Source: Octopus sinensis
Lineage: Eukaryota
DNA: 64,000 nucleotides
Assembly: GCF_006345805.1 (NCBI RefSeq)
Contig: NC_042998.1
Span: 47,430,001-47,494,000, forward strand
Direction: 5' to 3'
Part shown: piece by piece, positions 52,225 through 64,000 of the stretch
Layout: each line of letters begins with the position of its first letter
Position numbering within the stretch: the stretch's first letter is position 1
Notes under the pieces: generated by a model
The model's database searches: none
What the model was told of the DNA's origin: nothing
Seen by the model: only the letters and a program-made list of their open reading frames with translations
Position numbers and translations under genes: made by a program

Positions 52225-54072
52225 AAAATAGAATAGACAGAACTGTGTGAAAATCAATCAGATTGACATATCTTTTGTAGTATACTTATTTCTACATCCA
52301 ATTTAACACCACCACCTTGCTATAGGGTGTCTGTAAAAGAAACGAGGTGTTTTTAGTAAAAATATTTAAAAAATAAGAACACATGGTGTGCGATCTTGCT
52401 GAACTTGTCATTATGGGGGAGATAATTTCTGTAAGATTAAGATAAAGTTAAGGAATTTACATCAAAGTTCAGGTATTTACATCAAAGAGTAAAGAGCATA
52501 CACATTAATTTTTTAATCTGCGTAATATAAAGTTCTTAAAGCTTCTACTCATTTGTAGTCACGTATAGCGCTATTTCATCCTTCTTTGTAATCGTCAGAA
52601 CAGCATACCTCGGGACCAGTAAATTAACTAAACTCGGCATTTTACGAAGTTTCTTATAAAGAGAAAAATGGCTTATAATTTACTACAAAAAACAAAAGAT
52701 TATTTTTTAAATAAACGGTACTATTTTATTTAGTATGTGGTAAATATCATTACTGGTAGGAAAGAAAAACCTTGGATATCATAGTGTAGCGCCAAGTAAA
52801 ATGCCTCGAGGTGTTTAGCTACGTCACTTACAGTTTGAGATCAAATATCACGAGGTTGGTGTCGATTTTTGTTTTTCCAGTTTTGTAAAACATGTAAAAC
52901 GGCTCGGTGACAATTTAACGTGTGTGTGTGTGTGTGTTGTGTGTGTGTGTGTGTATGTGCGCATATTCAAACTGCGGGAGAGCAACTCGGTTTCCATTCC
53001 CATTTAAGGACAATTTACCCTTCAATTGTATACACAAGTGTCACAAGATAAAATTCAGATTTAACCAGCCTATGACAAAAACAGTAATTTTTTTGGCGGC
53101 GAGTTGGCCGAATTATTAGAGCAGTATTTTGACCGTGTTTATGTTCTGTGTTCAAAAACGACTGGGGTCGAAAAACGTGTGATTTGTGACTCATTTTCTT
53201 TTCTCTAACATGCTTAACTGAAAGAAAACAAAAAACATTTCTTTTAAATGGTTCCTTGAAATATTCAGTAACAATTCTGGATATCTCATTCATAAGTGGA
53301 GAGAAAAATGGTTGCTCATTCTCAAACTGTTTAAACATTAATATTCTTTTAGGCATATATTCAACCTAAAACTAGCCATCACTAACCAGAGAAACTAGAC
53401 CCACCGTATATATTTTGAAACGAAAAAAGAAAAATTTACAAGGAGAAAAGAAGTGTTTTTATTTCTTTATTACAAAACTCACTAACCTTGAATATACATT
53501 CGTAACTATTTGACAATTATCAGCAACAACCATGCACAATGTAAGCAAATTTTTTTTTCTCTTTGGTCAAATGAACAAAACAGCGAAAAAAGTAAACAAA
53601 CATTAGCATTTGCCTCTGCTTCTAACACAATGAACTATTTTAAAATGCCTTACTGAGAAAACAATCCACTTGGCGAAATCTTTACTAGACTGTTTAATCC
53701 AAGGAAGACAGAGAAGGACCTAATTCTATCATTGCCAAAATTTTGTAACTAGGATAAATGCAACTTTACCAGAATTTTAAAGGCAAGAAAAAAATTGTAA
53801 TGAAGACAAATGTTATCTCACAGGAATTTTTTAACTCAAGAGGCAAAATAAAGCACCTATTTATACCTTCCTTTGTCTCTTTCTTGAGATACAAAGTGAA
53901 CAGATGATCAAGTATCTTTATGTTCTGAAACGTTGAGGGGAAAAAAATCACAGAACTTTAACAGAGGTGGGTCAACGACTTACGCTGAATTAGCGCGTTA
54001 CACACATGCTTACACAACTGAATCACAGTACTTAGATCGATGATATACGAGGGTCGCATTTAAAAATACTGA

Positions 54073-54712
54073 TTTCAAAGTTTGGCACGAGGCCAGCAAT
54101 TTCGGAGGACGGAGCTAGTCGATTACATCAACCCCAGTATTCAACTGGTAGTTATGTTATCGACTCCAGAAGAATGAAAGGTAAAAAATCGACCTCAGCG
54201 GAATTTAAACCTAGAACGTAAAGACGGACGAAGGATCTTTTCGGTTTGAACGGCAGTTTTTTCTAGCGGTGACATATGAAATTGTCACCCATAATTATGA
54301 CCTTAGTATTGATCTATTGCATTTCAATCTATTTTAGGGTTAGGGTTAGTTAGGGTTAGGGTTAGGGTTAAGGGTGGGGGAGGATATCTTGTTTTCTTCA
54401 CAAATGTAAATAAACCCAATCTGTTTCTTAAACGAAGGACATATTCATACGGCACAGAATGCTTTCACCTTAATAGACGGTCATTGATTGGTTGAAATTG
54501 CCGAAATGCAAGAAATTAAAGACCAAATATCTTACAAACTATAGAATTTTCTCAATAAAGCCAAGAGAAAAAAGATGTTTACCAAGTTTAAAATTTTTTT
54601 AGTTACCTAGAAATTATATTAAAAACTGCCGTTCAAACCGAAAAGATCCTGGACGAAATGTTGCTAAGTATTTTGCCCAACGTGCTAATCGTTCTACCAA
54701 CTCCTCGCCTTA
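54073..54712 (-). mobile_element. SINE family B copy split by a MITE insertion
   Basis: Removing 54232-54656 restores agaacgtaaagacggacgaaatgttgctaag, matching other copies. Confidence 0.85.
54232..54650. mobile_element. 419-bp MITE with 30-bp perfect TIRs, 6-bp TSD and internal (TTAGGG)n
   Basis: TIR aggatcttttcggtttgaacggcagttttt. TSD ggacga at 54226-54231 and 54651-54656. Telomere-like repeats at about 54334-54375. Confidence 0.92.
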
Positions 54713-54803
54713 TTTAGAAATATTGGCACTAATACTAAGATTCGCCGTTGCCTTTGTATTATAAGTAAGTAGTGAATGATGAAATGGTAAAGAATAGCAT
54801 GTC

Positions 54804-54903
54804 GTGGCGAAAGTAAAGAATACTTATACCCGGTGTTTGGGGTTAAGGTTAGGGTTTTTGTTACGCCGAAAACGGGTGATGTACGTATTCTTTACCTCCG
54901 TCG
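54804..54903. mobile_element. Approx. 100-bp MITE with telomere-like core
   Basis: TIRs ggcgaaagtaaagaatac / gtattctttacctccgtc; flanks catgtc / catctc; homolog at 62391-62506. Confidence 0.7.
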
Positions 54904-55818
54904 CATCTCGTTAGATGGATATACGAAACCTAATGACTTCCAAGTATCACTCAACCACTCTGCTACTAATATTGCTTTTTGTTACAAACCGTTTATTAAT
55001 AGCTTTTCCTGATATTTAATATCACACTTGACTACTGAATGGACAAAAATATTATTTCATTTCTATAACTTTTCAAATATATTCCAAACTTTGTTGCCCG
55101 CGAATAACACATATTCTAAAAAGAACACCACAACAGAAATCAAAATAAGGAATATGATGAAAAATTGATTCATTAGGACTCCACCCCGATAGCTAATGAA
55201 TGATAAATCTATCCATCGTTATACAAAATCCACCATTGCCTTTTATAAACAAAAATGTGTGTAAATATGCCACCGACGCAAAAATTAAAATGTAAGAACG
55301 ACGAAATAGTACACATGTTCTAACGGGTTTCGCATTCTCCCACAACCGTCGGAATGACAAGAGAGAGGGGGAATAAGAGAGCGAGAAAGTAATATTTTAC
55401 TCAAACGTTTCAGTTTAAACAATTATCAAAGCAATGCATCTTTGAAAATGACGCCTTTGTCACTTAAAAACTAAAAAGCTTAGATAAGTTTAGTTTCAAG
55501 TCTTTACAGGGCGCGGTGATTTGGGAAGCAGGAAACAAGAAGTAGATATAGCTATTTGTAAAAGCAGTTGAAACTGGTCTAGGACGTGCACGTCAGCAGA
55601 CGCTTTGATGTATCTCAACTACAGATGTTATGATACTTTTTACTTCTTTTTTTTTTTTTCGGGTAATAAATTTTGAGATCTGTTACCTGAAATAGCGTTA
55701 TATGTGTATATCATTTTGCTTAGTTTTTCTAAATAACAATAGTTGAAAAAACTATATACCACTCCCCAAAATATCAACAATAACAACATAAATACTGATA
55801 CTATTACTAATAATAATG

Positions 55819-56218
55819 GCTTCAAATTTTGCCACAAGGGCAGCCATTTTGGGGGCGGGGATGAGTCGATTACATCAACCCCAGTATTTGTCTGGTACTT
55901 AATTTATCGACCCCGAATGGATGACATGCGTAGTCGACCTCAGTGGTTTTTGAACACTGATCATAAAGACGGACACAATACTATTTTTTTCTTTTTTATT
56001 GCCCACAAGGGGCTAAACATAGAGAGGACAAACAAGGACAGACAAAGGGATTAAGTCGATTACATCGATCCCAGTGCGTAACTGGTACTTATTTAAACGA
56101 CCCCGAAAGGATGAAAGGCAAAGTCGACCTCGGCAGAATTTGAACTCAGAACGTAGCAGCAGACGAAATGGTGCTAAGCATTTCGCTCGGCGTGCTAACG
56201 ATTCTGCCAGCTCGCCGC
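55819..56218 (-). mobile_element. SINE family B copies (older 55819-55975, younger 55990-56218); a hAT-like terminus follows at 56219-56285
   Basis: Match to family B. aaaaggttgggaactactg resembles a hAT TIR. Confidence 0.85.
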
Positions 56219-57362
56219 TGGGATCCGTGGGAAAACTCATTTAAATAAAAGGAGTCCTTGGTAGTGAAAAGGTTGGGAACTACTGACTTAGTAGTACAGT
56301 GAATAAGAGCGACGGAATAAGTCCCAAATTTAGAAATAAGTGTACGGACCGATTTTATTAATTAAACACCCTCAACACATTGGTCGGCCAGAAGATAAAG
56401 TATAAGCCCCTTACACACGGTACTGAACAGTTGTCCAGAGCCCGAAACCATATGGTTGCGAAGCCTTCTTCTAAATAGCAGTCCTGTATATCGTTTCGAT
56501 ATCTCTTGTAAGCACGTATCAATTATGTTAATTCTTGGCGTAAGATGTAAGTGTTGCGTAATGGTATCTGATGAAGATCTAAGACGAGATCATTGAAATT
56601 GTTTTCACGTAAAAATCTAATAGATGTCATGTGGTATCTCGCCTCACATATGCTGAATCACTTTTTCACAACTTCTTATAACTTGTGTAAAGAAAGTAAT
56701 GATATAATATGGCTGTGAGGCATCTAGCGTGTTGTAACCTTACCGTTGAACATAACTTCTGTGGTGTTATGAGCGATTGCTGTCTTATGAAGAAATGTAA
56801 TATCTTGTTCATGGATATTGCTGTACAGTTGAATGTTTATATCCTTCTGGATGTATTAATTAGCACACACACTTTTTTTTCATTATCCTCACAATATAGA
56901 AACAGAAAAAATAACATTAGCTCATGCGAAGTTTTACATACTTTTGCATTATAGTACATGAACAATTGCAAAAATAAATAAAAAATATAAAAATAATTTT
57001 AACTCATTTTCAAGACAGAGGTAAAAAAATGGTTGATGTAATCTTCTAGTTTTTCCTCCAATGTATCAACGGAGAAAATGTGGTTGAATAGCTCCTTCCT
57101 CGATTCGACCCAGCTCATTTCTATTTCTGCTCTAAAACACCCGCCATTAATTTTCAGAACACTAGCGTGTTATTTGTAGGAACGAGACCGCGTATTTTTA
57201 AGCATTGGAGAGCTCAGACGTTTACCTCTTTCCAAATTATATTTAATATAAAATAGGTATTAGTGAGATTGAACTACGTAAAATAATTTGCTTTCAGTCC
57301 GAAAATTTTGTTCCCTCAAATTCTATGTTCTGCGTTATTTGTTCATAAATTATGATCTATTT

Positions 57363-59850
57363 TAGTTAGTTAGTTAGTTAGTTAGTTAATTTGGCTCAAA
57401 AGCAAATAGCAAGGCCATGTAGGGGGACATGGAGTTAAGTACAGGGTGGTGTTCATGTAAAGAGTTCAGGCCACTTGAGGTCCAGGGAGGCTTTGAACAA
57501 AGCGGTCGTCGGCATCTTCACCATCTCGTCTGGCAGCTTGTTCCACGGATCCGCAACCCGGACGGAGAAAGCTCCTCTCCTTCGATTGAGATGAAATCGT
57601 CGCAGGTAGAGCTTTTCGGAATGACCCCGCAGCCGACGCTCCGGAGCAGGAGTGAAGAACAGCTCTTTCGAGAGGTTACACTTCCCGCTTATGATGTTGT
57701 GGGCGAGAATGAGATCACCACGGCGGCGGCGTTTTTCAAGAGAACAAAGGTCGAGCGTCCTCAGCCTTTCTTCGTAGGACAAATTTTTGAGACCATGAAC
57801 CATGCGGGTAGCCAGCCTCTGGACTCTTACGAGGTGATGTATGTCTTTGAGGAGATAAGGAGAAGAGGCTTGAATCCCATACTCCAATATGGGTCTCACC
57901 AGCGTGACATAGAGTGGCAGGAATATGGCTGCTGTGAGCATTCCGAATGACCGTCGAATCAAAAACAGAATTCCGCGCGCTTTGTTGGCAGCATGGACGC
58001 ACAGGGCCGAAGGCGAAAAGGAGGAATCCACCAAGATACCCAGGTCCTTTACCTGATCGGTCCTCTCCAGCAGCAGACGACCCGGCTCGAAATCAAGTTG
58101 AGTTGTAGGAGTAGAGCCGACAGGCAGATGACAGCACGTTCAGACACGTTCAGACACAGGTCCCAATCGTTAGACCACTTCCAAATTTGGTGGAGGCATC
58201 GACGAAGATCCTCTATACTACCGCGAGGAGCGACCAGTTTGATATCGTCGGCAAATAGAAGGGTGTGTTGCGTGAGGTCGTCGGGCAAGTCATTTATGAA
58301 GACTAAGAACAACAAGGGCCCAAGCACTGAACCTTGAGGCACGCCACTGCTCGCACTGGAGACGTCGGACCGCGAACCATTAACTTGAACTTGGAAGGAG
58401 CGATCTGAGAGGAAGGCACCAACCCATCGTACAATATCCGGATGGAAACTATATGCTTGAAGCTTGACAAGTAGTAGGCGGTGGTTTACCGAGTCAAAAG
58501 CTTTGGCAAAGTCCAATAAAACGATGTCAACAGCATCACTATCATCGAGGATGCGCGTCACTAATTCTTCCATTACTAGTAAGTTGGTCAAGCATGATCT
58601 CTTCGGCACGAAGCCGTGTTGGGAATCAGTGATCGAGACTGTGTTTAGGAGGTGGAGCATCATACTTTTCTTAAGGATGGTTTCGAACATCTTGCTGATT
58701 ATTGATGTAAGGGAAACCGGTCGGTAGTTAAGCGGGTCTTCGCGGCTCCCTTTCTTGAAAATTGGGCAGATTATCGCTGTTCTCCAGTCTGCAGGTATAA
58801 CACCCGTCACCAATGACATATTGAATAGTCGTGTTAAGGGCTCGCAGATGACCGGAGCCAACGCTTTGATAACCCGTGGGTGTATGCCGTCAGGGCCGTG
58901 ACCCTTGTTGACATCGAGGCCTTGAATAACACGCTTGACTTGGTCCCGCGTGATGATCAATCGAAGCATTGGAGGTACCGATCTATCAAATGGAGGTGGT
59001 TCACGACCATCATCTTGTTTGAAAATAGTTGAAAAAGCCTCGGCAAATAATTGACTCTGTTGATAAGGGTCCTCAATCGATACGCCTGTTGAGTCTACCA
59101 ACGTTGCAATTTGGTTGTTCAAGCGGGAATTCCGCTGGACATGGGCAAAGAAGGTTTTTGGATTGCTACTGGCATTTGCCGCGATTTTGTATTCATAACT
59201 GAAGCGTTCTTTCTTTTCAATTTTCACGGCTCGGTCTCGTTGAGTTTTGTACACCTCAAAAGCTGCAGTCGAATCCAGATTTTTGAATTCAGCCCAAGCA
59301 ATATCTCTGAGTCGACGTTCTCGTTTAACCTTCTTCGTCACCCAGGGCTTGTGTTTCTTCCTCTTGGGAAGTCCAACGAGAACTGCCTGGTCAGTCAAAC
59401 AGATTACATATGCTTTGAGGGATGACCATAGTTCGTCAACTGAGGACAACGTCATCAGGGATTGCCAGTCCAGAAGCGCGGAAGCCTCGGTTAGAATTTA
59501 AAGATTAATTGCAGAGAAGACTCTACGTGGCAGCGAAGTAATCGTGGGCGTGGAAAAAGTTGTGTGCATGACGAACTTCAGGACCGCATGATCACTCTTG
59601 GCAAGAGGGGCGCACACAGATACGTCTGACACTGATCTTGGATAGCGGGAGAATACCAGATCTAGCATAGATGGCTGCTGCCCAGACCGATGCCTTGTCG
59701 GATATTCAACATGTTGCGATAGAAAACAATCTTCAGCCACGTCAAGAAGGGCCTGGCCGAACCGGGAAGATGTTGTACAAATTGATGCGGGCCAATCGAT
59801 CGTGGGAGCGTTGAAGTCGCCTAGTACCAAGCAGTCATGCGAAGCTGAAA
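57363..59850 (-). mobile_element. CR1-type LINE, 5'-truncated, (TAAC)n tail; ORF2 with one stop (about 59499) and one frameshift (about 58140)
   Basis: ORFs 59498..59830 (GDFN, SDH), 58049..59455 ([29 protein letters not shown]) and 57453..58034 join into one ORF2. Confidence 0.95.
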
Positions 59851-60224
59851 CGAATCTTTTGTCTATAGATAAATATAATCTACTTAGTCAATCCTAGTAG
59901 CATAATAAACAATACTTGAAATATTGTTCTAAACATCTCTTGATATCTCTACTGAATCAATCTTGTATTATTAAAAGAAGTATCTCCCCTCCCCCCACAA
60001 AAAAAAATCTTTTCCATATCAGCACTGTAAATCACAGTCAATTTTCAGTAAGTTATCTCGTTTCACTTATTTTCTGATCGAAACATTCGAACTTTTGATA
60101 AATTTCTTTTATATTATGCAATGCTCATTATCAATGGTATAAGTGCACGGCTTTTTACAAGTAGAAAAATATGTCGGCAACGTCATTAAAATTCATTAAG
60201 AGGTCTAGGGACGTAACTCATTAT

Positions 60225-60430
60225 TCTCTCTTTTTACTCTTTTACTTGTTTCAGTCATTTGACTGCGGCCATGCTGGAGCACCGCCTTTAGTCGAGCAAA
60301 TCGACCCCGGGACTTATTCTTTTGTAAGCCCAGTACTTATTCTATCGGTCTCTTTTGCTGAACCGCTAAGTGACGGGGACGTAGACACACCAGCAATGCT
60401 AGGGGGACAAACACAGACACACAAACATAT

Positions 60431-60507
<77 letters not shown>

Positions 60508-60670
60508 CGACAAGCTTCTTTCAGTTTCCGTCTACCAAATCCACTCACAAGGCATTGGTCGGCCCGGGGCTATAGCAGAAGACACTTGCCCAAGATGCCA
60601 CGCAGTGGGACTGAACCCGGAACCATGTGGTTGGTAAGCAAGCTACTTACCACACATCCACTCCTGCGCC
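60225..60670 (-). mobile_element. SINE family A, full length
   Basis: Minus strand: ggcgcaggagtggatgtgtggtaag (A box)...gggttcagtccc (B box), internal (TA)n, LINE-like tail, and (GTAAAAGA)n end. Confidence 0.92.
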
Positions 60671-62390
60671 TCATTGTTCAATTTTTCTCCATTATTTTTA
60701 ATCATTAATAACACGCTAAGAAGCATCAGCGCGAATCAACAATTTATAAAATTTTGACAAAACAAAAAAAGTTAACAAGTTGAACTAGTCACTTTCTAAG
60801 ACGCCTGAAGATAAATGGTAAATTAAAACAATTTTGGTAAAGAATTTTATTTATATTTTTAATGTTATCAATTAGATCTCACCCCACTTCGATACGCGCA
60901 TAAAATTTTGTCTGGCATCTGTTCGAATCAGTGTCGATGGAAAAATGAACTCAAAGCTCTTGAAACAACGCTCTATATTATTTAGATGTTGTGGTGTTAA
61001 AAAATACTTTCAAAAGGATTCTTTATAATGTTCTGGAAATTTCTATTCACTTTTGCAATATTTGGTAGATTTTCATTTTTATTGGTAATAAATTGTTGGG
61101 AACAACAATATGGTTTTTATCTGCTAAATAAAAACGTGACATTTTTCTGGAACATAGAAGATAAAATTTCTCTTCTATATATTTTTTTTCTTCAAAAGAC
61201 CTCGTTTTACCTCAGTGACTCTGATATTTTGGGGCATAGTTTTATGAAGTTTGGATGTAGCCGATCAGTAGTAGACGTCGTGGAACCACAAACAACTGCA
61301 TAAAGTTTGTTTATATTTGTGTCTATACTATTGAGGACAATGGCTAAGTATGCGTGTAAGCCAATACACTTAAGATATCTGTGCTATACCTTTGAGCAGC
61401 TTTCACATAAAATTCGTAGGGCATATGTCAAACAAGCTAAAACAAGTCAGCTAAGATAATTTACACACAAGACATTCGTCTGCCTCCCCCGTATTTGATT
61501 ATATACAATCTGCAAACCAAATGACTAAATTAAGTTGTCGGGGTGGTTTAGTAGAAAAAGAATCAACATTTTTATTTCCTAGAAGTTATAATGCCAAGTA
61601 ATGTATAATGAGTGAATCGGGATTCACTCCTTATACCTCTCTGTAATACAAAATCACATCACATCTGACCATAGACTTAGAAATAATACAGTACTCTTGT
61701 GATCGCAGGAACTGCTACCTAAAAGTAGTAGCCAAATCCCACCTCAAACTACATCCTTTCGTCTTAAAAAGAGAAAGATAGGATTGCAATGGATAGAATG
61801 TCTGTCATTGTTGTAGGTCTCAAGCCAGAATGGACATAGATCGAAATGATAAAATAATTCCAAGAAAGACTCAAACTTCACATTAATTGTTCATTTAATT
61901 TTTGTTTCTCAAATTAGTATCTCCGAATATTTTAATTCCTCCCAACCCGTTCTCCATTTAGTGCATTGGACGAAAGACCTCCCATACTACCACCACCAAA
62001 ATAAACTCCTTGTTTTGCGACGACTTCCATATTTATTCTTAATAAGATCCAGTAAATTCAAACTTTAATACGATAGTCACTTGTGTTCCGCTACAGAACA
62101 TTACGACGAAAGTAGGCTCGAAACACACTCGATTCATTAGAGTCTTTTATGTGAATGAATCTGGTGTATTACTAACACACACCCATCATAAAGGAGAGGT
62201 TGTTCCCTTTTGACAAAACACAACAGCGGTTAACATAAACACGTTCGAATTTACCGGAACTTATTAAGAATAATATGCAAGTCATCGTTTTTTAATTTCG
62301 CAGTTTACCATGCACACGATTTGATAATATATTAATTAATATTTTAAAACTCAGAAGCTACATACAAAGTGTATTGTATATATTGTTAGT

Positions 62391-62506
62391 CGGCGGAGGT
62401 AAATAATACGCACACTACTCGTATTCAGCGTAATCCTAACCATAACCCTAAACCTAACTTCTAAACGCCGACAACGGGTGATGTACGTATTCTTTACCTT
62501 CGCCTG
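62391..62506. mobile_element. Approx. 115-bp MITE with (CCTAA)-like core, homolog of 54804-54903
   Basis: TIRs ggcggaggtaaataatacg / cgtattctttaccttcgcc; shares acgccga.aacgggtgatgtacgtattctttacct. Confidence 0.7.
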
Positions 62507-64000
62507 TGAGTCTTTATTTTGGTCTATTTAAATGGCAGAAAGAATTTTAAATTAGGTTCTTGTATATCGATAATTGTATTTTGAGATTTTCAACTTGTAT
62601 ATTCTCCAAAAGCATTAGAAGAAAATTAAGACTTTAACTTGGAATTGAAACAATTATAGCGACAGCTGTTTGAAGCTAAACCAATGTATATATTTTCATT
62701 CCTTACGCATACACAGTTATAACAGTAAAAGGCTAATACTGCACTCACTTGTAATGATCCAATGTAGTTATTTTGTCGAGGGTTGTTAATGTTCAGCATG
62801 AAAATCTGTAAACTAATATGTGCGTTGAATCTTGTACCCTTTCAGATAATAAATAAGTAGAATAGATAACTAGAGAAACAATAATTTTGCTTTATATCTT
62901 GGCTGTAGTAGATATTAGGAGACAAATTTCGCTTGGCATTTGTCAGAACAAGACTCGGTCACTAGAAAAATACTTGTATCGTAAAAATAAACATAAAGAT
63001 ATAATAAATCTCTGAACGAGATGGCTAGTATACTAAACATAAAGATGAATCTAAGAAATAATCAGACCTTTGATTCATTATTACAAACAAGGGGCCAACA
63101 CAGAGGGGATGATACAAAACACGGGTCATTAAAATGAATGAATTTAACAAGAAATGGACAATTAAAAAGTTTATGAAAAATAAATCGAATGATTTAAACA
63201 ATCAAGGACAATGCAATGAAATGGGGGACGAGTTCAGCTCCGACCCCACAAGCCCCGTTCCACCATTGAGATCTTTTAATTTTCTTCATGGTTTTAAAAC
63301 TGAAAGACAATCTGGATAAACAATCTTGGATTTCTTCTTCTTAGAGAAACCTGTGATGTTAGTTAGGCAGAGATAATAATCGGTATAGTAGTTTGCTGGT
63401 TTGCGCCATATTAGTACTACAAATGGCCTATTTTTCTGTTTACCATTCATCCATTGGATTAGTGCTATGTAATAGTTTTTGCAACAAACATGAGGTGCTC
63501 ACAGTTTAAAGTAAAGCGTGTAATCATTTAAAAATTTCTTTGTAAGCTTATTTCTCTGATATTTTGGCGTAAATTTTCCACACACACGTAGCAAAAGCTG
63601 TCCAGGTGATAAACACAAATTCTTCTGCTCATCATAAATACATACAGTCATAACCTAAATCAACACTCAAGGAAACCTGTTTGTAAACTAAAATATAACA
63701 TTAATCAACTGTAAATGTTACTGTAAAACATCAAAATATATTTCTCAAAAAAAAAAGTCATTGAAATTTTCATAGAATGTACTGAAGTTATGACTATCAC
63801 AAAACAATTTTTACATCTCTAAATTTCAAACATTGATCACTTTAATAAATAACTAAATTTACTACTAAACTACTTTTCATATAACCTGGCTCTCTTATTT
63901 GATGTACTGTATTTAATAGCACTAGCAGTTATCAAGAAAATGGAGTCTGAGTGGCTTACCTAATATCAAAGTTCTACTGTGAGGAGAACTTTACTATAAT

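Noticed and set aside
54334-54375. Telomere or chromosome-fusion relic
   Set aside because: The TTAGGG run lies inside a TIR/TSD-bounded MITE.
56563-56610. CTGATGA-hairpin-GAAA match
   Set aside because: Extra bases precede GAAA and there is no stem I or convincing stem III.
57429-57950. 173-aa plus-strand ORF and other ORFs antisense to LINEs
   Set aside because: Shadow ORFs opposite GC-richer LINE ORF2, with no independent domain signal.

Overview
AT-rich, microsatellite-laden eukaryotic DNA with no convincing complete host gene. The SINE families look like those of Octopus (inferred from recall, not from a search). The window is mostly a nest of mobile-element remnants. (1) Five CR1/L2-group LINE copies, two with nearly intact ORF2. 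(2) At least three tRNA-derived SINE families, one sharing its 3' stem-loop with a LINE in the window. (3) Fragments of restriction-like-endonuclease non-LTR elements (R4/Dong-like and Hero-like) and an ORF1 zinc-knuckle relic. (4) A hAT (Buster/Charlie-type) element, mariner and Tigger remnants, two non-autonomous Helitrons, and 6-bp-TSD MITEs carrying TTAGGG repeats. (5) Many Penelope-like pseudo-LTR fragments. The most notable hidden signal is about ten type I hammerhead-ribozyme-like motifs. Their stems are mostly unrelated in sequence, most have a palindromic stem III, and some have non-canonical cores; they can be read directly from the sequence. Several large inverted duplications centred on or bounded by (TA)n also occur. 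Most ORFs in the supplied track are microsatellite artefacts. Boundaries were set by eye and may be off by tens of bases for degenerate elements.
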